A stretch of DNA of 64,000 nucleotides from Abditibacteriaceae bacterium. GTDB lineage: Bacteria; Armatimonadota; Abditibacteriia; Abditibacteriales; Abditibacteriaceae. The position numbers and the translations under genes are program-made. Below the pieces are notes generated by a model. It was not told the DNA's origin. It saw only the letters and a list, made by a program, of their open reading frames with translations, and did no database searches. The stretch spans positions 288,001 through 352,000 of the forward strand of contig OZ255721.1 of the NCBI GenBank assembly GCA_965277285.1, written 5' to 3'. The first letter of the stretch is position 1. Every line of letters begins with the position of its first letter. Below are positions 42,909 through 53,480 of this stretch, one piece after another.

Positions 42909-44135
42909 ATGAGTTCAAACGAAGAACAAAACCAGAACCCGTTGCACGTTGAAGGACAAGCGCAAAACGGCGAAGCGCCAGCGGAAATCGTTTATGACAA
43001 CGCGCAGGAGCATTCGAGCGCGCACGTCAGCGTGACGACCGATGCCGAAGGCGCGCCGACAGCCGAAACCGCAACGACCGATATGCCGCTTAATACGCAG
43101 CATGGCGTGCCGAAAACCGACTACATCGAGCCGCACGAAGATGCGAACAAAGTCTTCGATTGCACCATCATCGGCGCCGGCCCGACCGGACTTTACGGCG
43201 CCTTCTACGCCGGAATGCGCGAAATGAGCGTCAAAATCATTGATTCGCTGGCCGAAATCGGCGGGCAATTGAACGCGCTTTATCCCGAGAAATACATTTA
43301 CGATGTCGCGGGTTTTCCAGCAGTCAAAGCCAAAGATTTGGTTGCGGCCTGCCAGGAACAAGGTCTTCAATTTGGCCCGACGGTTTGCCTGGGCGAAAAA
43401 GTCGAGACGCTGGAAAAAGGCGAGGACGGCGTTTTTACGCTCACGACCGATAAAGGTACGCACAAAACGCGGACGATTATCATCGCGGCGGGCGTTGGCG
43501 CTTTCACGCCGCGCAAATTGCCCGATGCGCCTGAAGTCGATGGTCTCGAAGGCAAAAGCGTTTTCTATTTTGTCAAAAGTTTCGAGCCTTTCCGCGACAA
43601 GAACTTGCTCATCGTCGGCGGCGGCGATTCGGCTTTGGACTGGTCGCTCAACCTGGAATCCATCGCCAAAAGCATCACTTTGATTCATCGCCGTGATCAG
43701 TGGCGCGCGCACGAAGATTCCGTTAATAAACTGATGAAATCGAGCGTGAACGTGCAAACTTTCCACGAAGTAAAAACCGTTGAACACGACGGCGAAAACA
43801 TCTCCAAAGTCACAATTTTTAACAACAAGACCAAAGAAGAAACCACGCTGGATGTGGACGCGATGATTTTGAGTTTGGGCTTTATCGCCAACATCGGGCC
43901 GATTAAAGAATGGGGTTTGGAAATCGTCGAGGGCGGCGTTTCTGTTAATCCTGGCACGATGGAAACCAACATTCCCGGCGTTTATGCGGCGGGCGATGTG
44001 TCGCGCTACAAAGGCAAGCTGAAACTGATTGCCACGGGTTTTGGTGAAAGTGGCACAGCCGCCAACTTCGCCAAAAACTACATCGACCCGAAATCAAAGG
44101 CGTTCCCCGGCCACTCGTCGGAAAAAGACCATTGA
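42909..44135 (+). CDS. Ferredoxin-NADP+ reductase (TrxR-like, YumC type) with an acidic N-terminal extension
   Basis: GGQLNALYPEKYIYDVAGFP, no CxxC, GKLKLIATGFGE, C-terminal PGHSS. Confidence 0.88.
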   Translation: MSSNEEQNQNPLHVEGQAQNGEAPAEIVYDNAQEHSSAHVSVTTDAEGAPTAETATTDMPLNTQHGVPKTDYIEPHEDANKVFDCTIIGAGPTGLYGAFYAGMREMSVKIIDSLAEIGGQLNALYPEKYIYDVAGFPAVKAKDLVAACQEQGLQFGPTVCLGEKVETLEKGEDGVFTLTTDKGTHKTRTIIIAAGVGAFTPRKLPDAPEVDGLEGKSVFYFVKSFEPFRDKNLLIVGGGDSALDWSLNLESIAKSITLIHRRDQWRAHEDSVNKLMKSSVNVQTFHEVKTVEHDGENISKVTIFNNKTKEETTLDVDAMILSLGFIANIGPIKEWGLEIVEGGVSVNPGTMETNIPGVYAAGDVSRYKGKLKLIATGFGESGTAANFAKNYIDPKSKAFPGHSSEKDH

Positions 44136-44153
44136 TTCGAGTACTCGAAATTG

Positions 44154-44183
44154 AAGAGGCGCTTCGTAAGAAGCGCCTCTTTT
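44154..44183 (+). terminator. Intrinsic terminator
   Basis: aagaggcgcttc-gtaa-gaagcgcctctttt. Confidence 0.85.
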
Positions 44184-44201
44184 GTTATCTGGAGCAAGGT
44201 T

Positions 44202-44885
44202 ATGGAATCGTGGCAAACGATGTTTGGCGGCGTGCAAAAGATTGTGCGCGACGCCGAAAGTTTTAGCGAAGGTTTAACGAGAACAATTAGCTTGGCGCGT
44301 CGACATCCGGCGCTGTTTGACGAATCGTTCTGGAACGATGTTGATCAAACTCCGCAATGGCCTTATCAAACTTTGATTCGATGGGCTGAAGAAGGATTGG
44401 CCAATTTTCAAAGCGAGGAGTGGAGCGTTCTATTTCTGGATTTGGGCGATGGTCCGGACATCTTCCATTTGTACCAACTTAATTACATAGGTATCTTTAC
44501 GGAAGACAAACTGCGTCCATTAATTCTCTCCGAAACTGTTGTCGGCTACGATGAGTTAGCGGAGTGCTTGGCAGAAAATCATGCTGACTCGGAAACATTT
44601 CTCAGCAGTTGCCCAAGTCGTGAACTCTCTTTTCACCACATCAAGGAACTGCAAGCCCACCGTCTTAATTGGCGACGATTGCCAGGAAATTACAATGGTG
44701 ACAATGGTTATTTGCTGTGGTTAGCTTTTGGCGCACTGGCTTTGATTGAGCCTTTGCGCAACGCCGAAAATTGCCAGAAGTTCTTGGGAAACTGTCCGCG
44801 ACTTTATTTGATGGTTGGCTTTGAAGAAATTTTCTTTTACGCTGGAACTGTAACACCAAATGGTTTGATTTCCGAGACTTCATAA
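44202..44885 (+). CDS. Hypothetical protein (AT-richer orphan), stop codon overlaps the lnt start
   Basis: ATG at 44202 after GGAG; TAATG overlap at 44885. Confidence 0.65.
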   Translation: MESWQTMFGGVQKIVRDAESFSEGLTRTISLARRHPALFDESFWNDVDQTPQWPYQTLIRWAEEGLANFQSEEWSVLFLDLGDGPDIFHLYQLNYIGIFTEDKLRPLILSETVVGYDELAECLAENHADSETFLSSCPSRELSFHHIKELQAHRLNWRRLPGNYNGDNGYLLWLAFGALALIEPLRNAENCQKFLGNCPRLYLMVGFEEIFFYAGTVTPNGLISETS

Positions 44886-46357
44886 TGCGCCCTTTTCTTC
44901 TCGCGGTTTTTTCCGGCGTTTTGCTCGCGCTCAGTTTGCCGCCGTATGACTTTTCATGGCTGGCGTGGTTCGCGCTGGCGCCGATGTTGGTGGCAGCGCA
45001 AAATCGCAAACCTTTGGAAGCGGCGGGAATTGGTTTGCTCGTCGGCGCGACCTGCGGCTTGATTCAAGCGCGCTGGAGCGGTGGCGCGGCGCTCATCTTT
45101 GCGTGGCTGCCTTTTTTGTGGTTCGCCTTATTGTGCGCTTTGGTCAGCGTCGCGTTTCGTGGCGCGATGGCGAAATGGCAAGCGCAAAGTTCGCTGGCGC
45201 GCGTTTTGTGGGTTGCGTGCGTCGGCGTCGCGGGCGAATGGCTGACGACTTTGACGCCGTTGCCGATCAACTTCGCCGTGACGCAACATCGAGTACTCGA
45301 ACTGATTCAAATCGCCGACATCACGGGAATCTGGGGCGTTTCGTTCCTGTTGTGGTTCGCCAACGCCGCGATTGCGAACGCAATTGTGTTTCGTAAACGC
45401 GAAATGCGACGCGCGCAGATTACACCGCTGGCAACTTGCGCGCTGTTGATTTTAATTTCGTTCGCATACTCGATGAACGTTCTGTCACATCCGCCAACCA
45501 CGAAAACAGTACGCGTTGCAGCGATTCAGGATTTCAACGCGGACGAGGTGCAAAATGTGGCGCCAAATGCGCGTTCGAGTACTCGAAATGGCTCCACAAT
45601 CTCGCGCGAAACGATGACGCGCGAAGTCGCCAAAAGTGGCGCGCAGCTTGTTGTGTGGTCGGAAAATTGTCTGGGAACGGATTTCGACGCGAGGTCAAAT
45701 AAAGACGCGACGAAACTGCTGGCGCGCGAACTGAAGATTTTTCTGGTTCCTGGCTACACTGATTCGTTCGGCGAAAAACAAACCAATTGTGCCGCGATCA
45801 TCAATCCCAATGGCGAAGTTGTCGGCGTGCATCGCAAGATTCATTTATTTTTGGCTGAGCGCAGTTCGACGCAAGCCGGAACTCAAGCGACCAGTTTCCC
45901 AACTTCGCTTGGCAAAATTGGTATGGCGATTTGCTTCGATACGTGCTGGACGAATATTTTGCGCGAAGAAACGCAAAGAGGCGCGCAAATTATCGCCATG
46001 CCGAACTTCGACCCGCCGGTTCCGCGCGGCGTTGTGCATCTTTTGCACGGCGCGATGTTGCCCTTTCGCGCGGTGGAAAACCGTGTTCCCATTGTGCGCG
46101 CCGACCCGAATGGACAATCGGGAACCGTTGACGCACAAGGTCGCGTACTCGAAATCGCGCCGATGTGGAAATCAGCGACCGAAGTTTGTGATGTTCACTT
46201 GGGCGACGGTCACGCGACCTTTTTCGCACAAAACGGCGACTGGTTGGCCTGGCTTTGTGTTGTATGCGCGTGCGCTGGCCTGGTTTGGAAGTTGAATTTA
46301 AAGCAGCGAGCACGACCGAGTAAGAAAAATTGTTCTTCAGGAGAAGTGCCATTGTGA
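44885..46357 (+). CDS. lnt: Apolipoprotein N-acyltransferase-like (membrane domain plus CN-hydrolase)
   Basis: LSLPP.DFSWLAW, QIADITGIWGVSF, WSE / RKIHL / ICFD triad, FRAVEN. Confidence 0.8.
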   Translation: MRPFLLAVFSGVLLALSLPPYDFSWLAWFALAPMLVAAQNRKPLEAAGIGLLVGATCGLIQARWSGGAALIFAWLPFLWFALLCALVSVAFRGAMAKWQAQSSLARVLWVACVGVAGEWLTTLTPLPINFAVTQHRVLELIQIADITGIWGVSFLLWFANAAIANAIVFRKREMRRAQITPLATCALLILISFAYSMNVLSHPPTTKTVRVAAIQDFNADEVQNVAPNARSSTRNGSTISRETMTREVAKSGAQLVVWSENCLGTDFDARSNKDATKLLARELKIFLVPGYTDSFGEKQTNCAAIINPNGEVVGVHRKIHLFLAERSSTQAGTQATSFPTSLGKIGMAICFDTCWTNILREETQRGAQIIAMPNFDPPVPRGVVHLLHGAMLPFRAVENRVPIVRADPNGQSGTVDAQGRVLEIAPMWKSATEVCDVHLGDGHATFFAQNGDWLAWLCVVCACAGLVWKLNLKQRARPSKKNCSSGEVPL

Positions 46358-46455
46358 CATTGCAGTGTGATATGGAATATAATTCTCACACACAATTCCA
46401 AATGATATAACGTCGTCTCTCCTCGGTTTTATGGCCGAAAAAGGTTGGGAGTTTT

Positions 46456-46626
46456 ATGAAGTCACATATTGTTCGTTGTTATTTTTGTGATTGCTGTTAC
46501 AATGGCGACCGAAAATCGCGTTGTTATAAATGTGGCGCGCAACAAAGTCGTATGAAACTATCCCAACGTGTTCGCTATTCGATACGCCAAATCGTACGCC
46601 GGTTCCTCTGTTCACGGATGCCGTAA
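46456..46626 (+). CDS. Small Cys-rich zinc-ribbon-like protein (56 aa)
   Basis: GGGAG SD; MKSHIVRCYFCDCCYNGDRKSRCYKCGAQQ...; below the ORF-track length cutoff. Confidence 0.5.
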   Translation: MKSHIVRCYFCDCCYNGDRKSRCYKCGAQQSRMKLSQRVRYSIRQIVRRFLCSRMP

Positions 46627-46780
46627 ATAAAAATTCCCGCGATAAGCTTGCGCCCAGCGTGAGGTTTGCGCTTCACGCCTGGAACACTTTGAGTTCATAG
46701 AAACGCAGCGATCCGCAGAATATTTTGCGGAAACGGAATACAAAACCCCACACTCAAACAGGGCGGGTTTTGTGTGGCGA

Positions 46781-47497
46781 TCAATGTTGTTGTTTCACTT
46801 CTTCGCCCAGTTTCGCTATTTCCTGCATTGTTCGATCAACAATCGTCTGCAAGGTGGCGCGGTCGCCTTTGCGCGCGTATTCTTCCTCGAAATATAATGG
46901 TTCGCCGAACACAACGCGCGTTTTGAACAATCGAACGCCACCACGCAGCGGTGAAAGCGCATTTTGTGTTCCTTCCAAGTACATTGGCACAATCGGCGCT
47001 TTGCTCGAGTGCGCGATCATCGCCAGACCGATTTCACCTTCGCCCAGTTTGCCGGTGCGCGTGCGCGTTCCTTCAGGGAAAATCACTAAAACTTCGCCGC
47101 TTTCGAGTACTCGAAGTGCGCGCCGAATCGCGCGACGGTCGGGCGCGCCGCGCTTGACGGGAAAGGTCGCCATGTGCTGAATAATGTACGGAAAAATCTT
47201 TAGCCCGAACCATTTTTTGTTGAAAAGTTCAGCTTTGCCCATCGTGGTGACGCGGCGTGGGCTGGCGCAACCGACCAAAGGCGGATCGAAGAGCGACGCG
47301 TGATTGGGCGCTAAAATGACGGCGCCCGTTTTCGGCACACGCTCGCGGTGCAACAATTTCCAACCGCCCAAGCGAAACCATTGCGTGAACAGCCAGGTCA
47401 TCGTGTAATAAATCCAGTCGTGGATTGGTACGATTTCCGGCTCGGCAGTTTTCACTTTGGTCGAAACGCTCTCCGTGTTTTTCGATGGTTCGCTCAT
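46781..47497 (-). CDS. plsC: 1-acyl-sn-glycerol-3-phosphate acyltransferase
   Basis: NHASLFD, FPVKR, IFPEGTR. Confidence 0.92.
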   Translation of the reverse strand: MSEPSKNTESVSTKVKTAEPEIVPIHDWIYYTMTWLFTQWFRLGGWKLLHRERVPKTGAVILAPNHASLFDPPLVGCASPRRVTTMGKAELFNKKWFGLKIFPYIIQHMATFPVKRGAPDRRAIRRALRVLESGEVLVIFPEGTRTRTGKLGEGEIGLAMIAHSSKAPIVPMYLEGTQNALSPLRGGVRLFKTRVVFGEPLYFEEEYARKGDRATLQTIVDRTMQEIAKLGEEVKQQH

Positions 47498-47528
47498 GCA
47501 GTTTTGTGTGATTTACAAGAGGTGCATT

Positions 47529-47612
47529 CACGAACTCGGAGCGTAAGCAACGGGTGAATTGACAGTTTGATGTCGCTTTTAATTCACCCGTCGCTCACGC
47601 TCCGAGTTCGTG
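47529..47612. repeat. REP-like hairpin (29805 family)
   Basis: cacgaactcggagcgtaagcaacgggtgaatt ... aattcacccgtcgctcacgctccgagttcgtg. Confidence 0.85.
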
Positions 47613-47633
47613 GGTTTCAATCGCGCGTGGCTT

Positions 47634-48299
47634 CTAACTCAGCCTCGTTTGAATCAAGCGCGCGATTTGTTCGACGACTTCGTCCGGCGACAACTCGTCG
47701 GTTGAAATCGTCACGGCGTCTGGCGCGGCGCGTAGTGGCGCCACTTCCCGATTACTGTCGCGCTGATCGCGGTTTTCAATGTCACGCCGCGCGTCGTCTG
47801 GCGAGCAGCTTTCATCGTTCCATTGTTCCAAACGCCGCGCGCTTCGTGTACTCGATTCGGCTGTCAGAAAGATTTTAATTTCGGCGTCAGGAAAAACCAC
47901 GGTTTGAATATCGCGGCCTTCCAAAACCGCGCCGCCGCACGACGTTTCGCTTTCGCGCGCAATGCGACGTTGCAATTCCACCATCTTCTCGCGCACGCGC
48001 GGCAACGCACTAATCTTCGATGTTAGCTCGCCTATTTGCGGCGTGCGAATTTCGTCACTCACGTCGCGCTCGCCGATGAAGATTTTTGCGCCGTTTTCTT
48101 CCAATCGCAGCGGCAAACTTTGGGCGATTTCGCTCAGCGCTTTTTCATCGCTATCGAGTACTCGATGTTCGTGCGCTGTCAGTGCAATCGCGCGATACAT
48201 GGCGCCGGTATCGATATAAGCCCAGCCGAAACGACTGGCGACGGCGCGCGCCGTGGTGCTTTTTCCCGCACCGGCTGGCCCATCAATGGCGACGATCAT
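47634..48299 (-). CDS. cmk: Cytidylate kinase
   Basis: AIDGPAGAGKST, IDTGAMYR, EGRDI. Confidence 0.95.
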   Translation of the reverse strand: MIVAIDGPAGAGKSTTARAVASRFGWAYIDTGAMYRAIALTAHEHRVLDSDEKALSEIAQSLPLRLEENGAKIFIGERDVSDEIRTPQIGELTSKISALPRVREKMVELQRRIARESETSCGGAVLEGRDIQTVVFPDAEIKIFLTAESSTRSARRLEQWNDESCSPDDARRDIENRDQRDSNREVAPLRAAPDAVTISTDELSPDEVVEQIARLIQTRLS

Positions 48300-48374
48300 T
48301 CTTTATCTTCCTCATCTACAAGAGCACTGGAAATTATGTTTTCGCAAGCGTAATGTTTAGAAAATATCCATTCG

Positions 48375-48587
48375 TTACTCTTCGCTTCCAATATCTTCCC
48401 AGAGCAAGACAGGTTTGATCATACATTCTTTCATCAATTGTAAAGTACCGGCCAATCCTTCAATGGAATACCCGATTACCTTCGCTGGTTCCTTGCTCAC
48501 TCCTTTAACGTGTCCCTGAAGGTCATAGTAAACAGAGTAAATGCTTACCGCCTCATTTCTTTGAACCACTCGATAATTCCAGGTCAT
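48375..48587 (-). CDS. Small hypothetical protein inserted between aroA and cmk
   Basis: MTWNYRVV..VYYD, 70 aa, AT-richer. Confidence 0.6.
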   Translation of the reverse strand: MTWNYRVVQRNEAVSIYSVYYDLQGHVKGVSKEPAKVIGYSIEGLAGTLQLMKECMIKPVLLWEDIGSEE

Positions 48588-48676
48588 TGATTTTCCTAAT
48601 CTTCAATTTTGCATCGAGTTGATGCCACAACTTCGAGAAACCGATGCAAATTTCGGGTTTGTTGTTTCTTCAACGA

Positions 48677-49963
48677 TCACGACTTGACCTCGCTTAGCAA
48701 ATCGAAGAAGTTGGGGAACGAACTGGTTACGGCATTTGCGTTTTCTAAAGTTGTTTCACCTTCGGCAATCAATGATGCAATTGCCAACGTCATCGCAATG
48801 CGATGGTCGCCGGGCGGAGAAACGACGTGTGCGCCGGTGAGTTTGGTCGGGCCGGAAACCGTCATGCCGTCTCCGTGTTCCTCTATTTTCGCGCCCAGCT
48901 TGCGCAGTTCCTGCGAAATTATGGCGATACGGTCGCTTTCTTTGACACGCATTTCCTGTGCATCACGAATGATAGTTTCGCCTTCGCATTGCGTCGCCAA
49001 AAGCGCCAAAACGGGCAGTTCATCGATCAAGCGCGGAATCAAACTTCCGCCGATTTCGGTCGCTCTCAGTTGACCGCCGCGAATTGTCACGTCCGCAATT
49101 GGTTCGCCGCCGCTTTCGCGTTCGTTTTCAATAACGACGTTGGCGCCCATCGCTTGCAAAACGTCCAAAACACCGGTTCGCGTCGGATTTACGCCACAAT
49201 CGAGTACTCGAATCTCGAAATTGGGACGCAAAGCGGCTGCCACGAAAAAGAACGCAGCAGATGAAATGTCGCCGGGAACCTGAACATCGGTCGCCGTTAA
49301 TTGAGCGCCGCCTTCGACGGAAACGCGATTTTCGTTTTGACGAACTTCGACGCCAAAAGCGCGCAACATTCGCTCGGTGTGATCGCGCGCGGGCGAAGGT
49401 TCGATAACTGTTGTCGTGCCGCGCGCCTGCAAACCGGCCAGCAAAACACACGATTTGACTTGCGCCGACGCAACTGGCATTTGGTACTCGATGCCGTGTA
49501 AATCACCGCCGCGAACGTTGAGCGGTGGCGTGTTTTTGTCGCCTTGACCAGAAACTTGCGCGCCCATTTGCGCAAGAGGAATGCGCACGCGATCCATCGG
49601 GCGGCGCGACAAAGACGCATCGCCGCCCAGAGTTGATTCAAACTTTTGTCCCGCCAAAACGCCCAGCAAAAGCCGCATCGTCGTGCCGCTGTTGCCGCAG
49701 TCGAGTACTCGATTTGGAGTTTCCAAACCGTCAAATCCTCGCCCTTCGACAACGATTTCGCTGTTTTCGTGCTGAATCAAAACGCCCAAAGCGCGCAGGC
49801 AACTCAAGGTCGCCTGCGTGTCGTGCGCGTGCAAAAAGCCGGAGATGTGCGTCGTGCCGTGCGCAATTGCGCCAAAAATCGCGGCGCGATGCGAAACCGA
49901 TTTGTCGCCCAGCACGCGCACTTCGCCGCGAATCTGTGTTGTGGGTTGAAGTTTAAGAATCAT
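48677..49963 (-). CDS. aroA: 3-phosphoshikimate 1-carboxyvinyltransferase
   Basis: GDKSVSHR, DCGNSGTT, ASAQVKS, KESDRI, DHRIAM; start MILKL at 49963. Confidence 0.95.
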   Translation of the reverse strand: MILKLQPTTQIRGEVRVLGDKSVSHRAAIFGAIAHGTTHISGFLHAHDTQATLSCLRALGVLIQHENSEIVVEGRGFDGLETPNRVLDCGNSGTTMRLLLGVLAGQKFESTLGGDASLSRRPMDRVRIPLAQMGAQVSGQGDKNTPPLNVRGGDLHGIEYQMPVASAQVKSCVLLAGLQARGTTTVIEPSPARDHTERMLRAFGVEVRQNENRVSVEGGAQLTATDVQVPGDISSAAFFFVAAALRPNFEIRVLDCGVNPTRTGVLDVLQAMGANVVIENERESGGEPIADVTIRGGQLRATEIGGSLIPRLIDELPVLALLATQCEGETIIRDAQEMRVKESDRIAIISQELRKLGAKIEEHGDGMTVSGPTKLTGAHVVSPPGDHRIAMTLAIASLIAEGETTLENANAVTSSFPNFFDLLSEVKS

Positions 49964-49965
49964 GG

Positions 49966-50044
49966 TGTAGGAGCGAGGCATGCCTCGCCCACTGTAACAT
50001 ATCGAGTACTCGGACAATAGGGCGAGGCATGCCTCGCCCCTACA
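49966..50044. repeat. GTAG-family REP doublet with a palindrome variant in its spacer
   Basis: tgtaggagcgaggcatgcctcgccc ..atcgagtactcgg.. gggcgaggcatgcctcgcccctaca. Confidence 0.85.
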
Positions 50045-50072
50045 TTTGGTTTGCGATGGGACTGAACTTGTT

Positions 50073-50951
50073 TCATTTGGCGGCGCGTGGGAAATAGCCA
50101 GTTTTGCGGCGTTGCGCGGCGGCTTGGTCGAACCATTCGAGCAACTCGTCGCTTTCACGCGCTGATAACATATCGCGCACGCTTTGCAGTTCTTCAATGA
50201 AGTCGTCCAACGATTTAGTCAAAGACGGCGCGTTCGCCAGCGAAATATCGCGCCACATTTCGGCGCTGCCGGCTGCGATGCGCGTCGAATCGCGCCAACC
50301 TGTCGCAATTAATTGCGATGCAACCTCGCTTTCATTTTTCGCATTGCTGAACAAATGCACCAGCGCGGCTGCAGTAATATGCGGCAAATGACTTGTCACC
50401 GCCAGCAATTGATCGTGCGCCGTTGCGTTCAGCAAAAGCGGTTGTGCGCCAAGGCCTTCAACCAGCGCCAGCAATTGATTGACAACAGGCGGCGGCGTGT
50501 CGGCATTAGGCGTTAAAACCCAGGTCGCGCCTTCAAATAAATCGCTGCGTGCCGCCTCGACGCCCGTCCGTTCGCTGCCTGCCATCGGATGTCCGCCGAC
50601 GAAATACGCTTTGGGAGAAAAAAGTTGCGTGCATTCGCGCATGATTTGCGCTTTAGTCGAACCAGCATCGGTGATGATCGCGTCGGCGCGTACAACTGGC
50701 GCGATTTGCGCGCATAAAGACGCCATTTGTCCAACCGGCGGCGCCATAAAAACCAGATCGGCGTCACGTACTGCTTCCATCAAGTTAGTTGACGCGCTAT
50801 CAACCGCGCCTTTTTCCAAAGCCAGGCGCGCGGTTTCTTCGCGTCGTACGGCGCCTACGACATGGCGCGCCAAGCCGCGTTCGCGCACGGCCTGCCCGAA
50901 ACTGCCGCCGATGAGACCAACGCCGACGATGCAAACCGTGTCGAAAAGCAT
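50073..50951 (-). CDS. tyrA: Prephenate dehydrogenase
   Basis: GVGLIGGS, DAGSTK, GGHPMAGSE, SHLPH, TRIA. Confidence 0.93.
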   Translation of the reverse strand: MLFDTVCIVGVGLIGGSFGQAVRERGLARHVVGAVRREETARLALEKGAVDSASTNLMEAVRDADLVFMAPPVGQMASLCAQIAPVVRADAIITDAGSTKAQIMRECTQLFSPKAYFVGGHPMAGSERTGVEAARSDLFEGATWVLTPNADTPPPVVNQLLALVEGLGAQPLLLNATAHDQLLAVTSHLPHITAAALVHLFSNAKNESEVASQLIATGWRDSTRIAAGSAEMWRDISLANAPSLTKSLDDFIEELQSVRDMLSARESDELLEWFDQAAAQRRKTGYFPRAAK

Positions 50952-50964
50952 AGGTGCAAGGGGA

Positions 50965-51043
50965 AAGGGATGAGTAGAAAGGGACGAGGATGAGTAATCA
51001 AACGCCGCTTAACTCATCCCTCATCCCTTTCTACTCATCCCTT
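50965..51043. repeat. Intergenic hairpin of GGATGAG short repeats
   Basis: aagggatgagtagaaaggga ... tccctttctactcatccctt. Confidence 0.75.
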
Positions 51044-52088
51044 AAATGGTTCGTCCGACCGCGTGCGCAATCGGTTTCAGTTCGCTCATCATTTGCGCGA
51101 ATTGGCAGGTGTCGAGTGTTTGCTGGCCGTCACTCATGGCGTCTTCGGGGTGCGGATGCACTTCGATAATCAGGCCATCGGCGCCGCACGCGACAGCCGC
51201 TTTGCTCATCGCTGAAATCATGTCGCGGCGTCCGGTGCCCTGGCTCGGGTCAATGATAATCGGCAAATGAGAGGCTTTCTTAATCGCCGGAACCGCGCTC
51301 AAATCGAGCGTGAATCGAGTACTCGGTTCGTAGGTGCGAATGCCGCGCTCGCAAAACATGACGTTTGGGTTGCCACCGGCCAGAATATATTCCGCCGCTT
51401 TGAGCCATTCTTCAATGGTCGCCGCCAGGCCGCGTTTCAGCATCACGGGCGTGCGCGATTTGCCGCATTCGCGCAGCAAATCGTAGTTTTGCATATTGCG
51501 CGCGCCGATTTGTAGCACATCGGCGTATTCGCAAACCGTTTCGACCAAGCTCGGCGTCATCACTTCGGTAATGACCGGCATTCCGGTCGCGCGGCGCGCT
51601 TCCGCTAAATATTGCAAACCTTCGACGCCCAAACCCTGAAAGTCATATGGACTGGTGCGTGGCTTGTAAGCGCCGCCACGCAAGACCGTCGCGCCATTTT
51701 TGTGAACCGATTGCGCGGTTTCCAGCAATTGATCGTGGTTTTCGACGCTGCACGGCCCGGCCATGATGACCAGTTTTTCGCCGCCAACGAGTACGCGATT
51801 GCCACCGTCTTTGCCGCCGATTTCAAAAGCCGTGCTTTTTCCGCCGTGACTTTCGCGCGAAACCAACTTGTAAGGTTTCGAGACGAACATCACTTTTTCG
51901 ACCGCGTTCAACGCTTGCAACTGCGGCGCGACAACCGATTTTTCATCGACGTGCGGCGTGCCCAAAGCCGCGATTACGACATCTTCGACGCCACGCGTCA
52001 CGTTCGGCTGGTAGCCATGAACCTTCAGTTTTTCTTCGATCTGCGCGATTTCTTTGTCCGTCGCGCCATGTTTCAAAATAATAATCAC
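51042..52088 (-). CDS. aroF: DAHP synthase (type I-beta with N-terminal regulatory domain)
   Basis: GTG start after [32 protein letters not shown]. Confidence 0.93.
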   Translation of the reverse strand: MIIILKHGATDKEIAQIEEKLKVHGYQPNVTRGVEDVVIAALGTPHVDEKSVVAPQLQALNAVEKVMFVSKPYKLVSRESHGGKSTAFEIGGKDGGNRVLVGGEKLVIMAGPCSVENHDQLLETAQSVHKNGATVLRGGAYKPRTSPYDFQGLGVEGLQYLAEARRATGMPVITEVMTPSLVETVCEYADVLQIGARNMQNYDLLRECGKSRTPVMLKRGLAATIEEWLKAAEYILAGGNPNVMFCERGIRTYEPSTRFTLDLSAVPAIKKASHLPIIIDPSQGTGRRDMISAMSKAAVACGADGLIIEVHPHPEDAMSDGQQTLDTCQFAQMMSELKPIAHAVGRTI

Positions 52089-52171
52089 AGTTTCCTCGTT
52101 CAATTTTCGACAAGTAAAACGTACGGGCGCATCGCAATGCCCCCGTACAAATATCCAGCATTTCAAGGTCG

Positions 52172-53320
52172 CTACGCGTTCGCTAAAATCTCGCGCAGCG
52201 ACGAAATAAATCGTGCGTTCATGTCGCGCGTGCCAATCGTGACGCGCAAATGTTGCGGCAAACCGAAACCCGTGCGCACAATGACGCCGCGCTTCATCAA
52301 TTCCCGTTCGACAATTTTCGCGTCGCGCCCGACATCGACCAGAATGAAATTCGCTTCGGTCGGCACATAATCGAGCTTCAATTCGTCGAACACCGCGCCC
52401 AATTGGTCTTTGCCGTCTTCGTTCAAGTCGCGCGCGCGCAGCACTTGCTCGGCATCGTCCAAGCTCGCAATTGCGGCGGCTTGTGCCAGCGTGTTCACAT
52501 TGAAAGGCCCGCGCACCTGCTGCAAATAACTGGCGATTTCGCGGTTGGCAATGCCGTAACCAACGCGCAAACCGGCCAGCGCATACGCTTTCGAGAAGGT
52601 TTGCAAAACGACAACGTTGTGTCCGTCGCGCACGAATTGCAAGCCGTTGGCGGAATTTTCGTCGCAAACGTATTCGAGATACGCCTGATCCAAAACGACC
52701 ACGACGTGCGACGGCAAGCCATCCAAAAGTTCGGCGACTTCCGCGTGGGAAACTACAGTTCCCGTCGGATTGTTCGGGTTGGCGATAAAAATCAGTTTGG
52801 TCTTTTCATTGACCTGCGCTTTCATGGCGCGCAAATCGTGGCGCATATCGCTGGTCAACGGCACCGCGTGATAAGTGCAATCGGCGAGCATGGCGCAGGC
52901 GCGATATTGAACAAAACTGGGTTCGGCGAAGATGACTTCATCGCCGCGCTCGCGGTCGAGAAACGCCATCCCCAGAAAATGAATAATTTCGTCGCTGCCG
53001 TTGCCGACAACCAATTGCTCGGTTGCGACATTCCAGAAGGCGGCGAGCTTGTTTTTTAAGGCGTAGCAACTGTCGTCGGGATAAAGCCACATCTCATCGA
53101 GTACTCGATTCATCGCTGCGGTCGCGTATTTGGACGGGCCGAGCACGTTTTCATTGGAAGCGAGCTTGATAATTTCGGTTTTTTCGTCCAAACCCAGTTC
53201 GCGCTTCACGTCTTCGATGGGCTTGCCGGGCACATAAGGCCGCAAGCGCGTCACGCTTTCGCGCACGAGAGAAGAAGTTTTTGAGGTTGTCGAAGACGAA
53301 TCGGAGGCGACGAGCGACAT
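52172..53320 (-). CDS. hisC: Histidinol-phosphate/aromatic aminotransferase
   Basis: [35 protein letters not shown]. Confidence 0.93.
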   Translation of the reverse strand: MSLVASDSSSTTSKTSSLVRESVTRLRPYVPGKPIEDVKRELGLDEKTEIIKLASNENVLGPSKYATAAMNRVLDEMWLYPDDSCYALKNKLAAFWNVATEQLVVGNGSDEIIHFLGMAFLDRERGDEVIFAEPSFVQYRACAMLADCTYHAVPLTSDMRHDLRAMKAQVNEKTKLIFIANPNNPTGTVVSHAEVAELLDGLPSHVVVVLDQAYLEYVCDENSANGLQFVRDGHNVVVLQTFSKAYALAGLRVGYGIANREIASYLQQVRGPFNVNTLAQAAAIASLDDAEQVLRARDLNEDGKDQLGAVFDELKLDYVPTEANFILVDVGRDAKIVERELMKRGVIVRTGFGLPQHLRVTIGTRDMNARFISSLREILANA

Positions 53321-53480
53321 AATTTTTCCAGTGTTGACGAAGTTAGGCGCGATGCAAAACGCAAGGCGAAATGCTTTATATTCTCTGCGTTCTCCGCGTC
53401 TTGCGCGGTGAATAATGACGAGAATACGGCAAACAAGCGGCGGCTTAGTGTATCATTAGGCGCGGAGAACGGTCAAACCT

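Noticed and set aside
48600..48680. GTGATCGTT overlapping the aroA stop as a duplicated cmk start (insertion scar)
   Set aside because: Only about 8 matching bases, which is not distinguishable from chance
49964..52667. Long N-terminal extensions of aroA and aroF (and of acnA to 60462, and the Zn-ribbon gene to 10808)
   Set aside because: They overlap neighbouring genes or REP elements; downstream starts match the family N-termini and/or RBS
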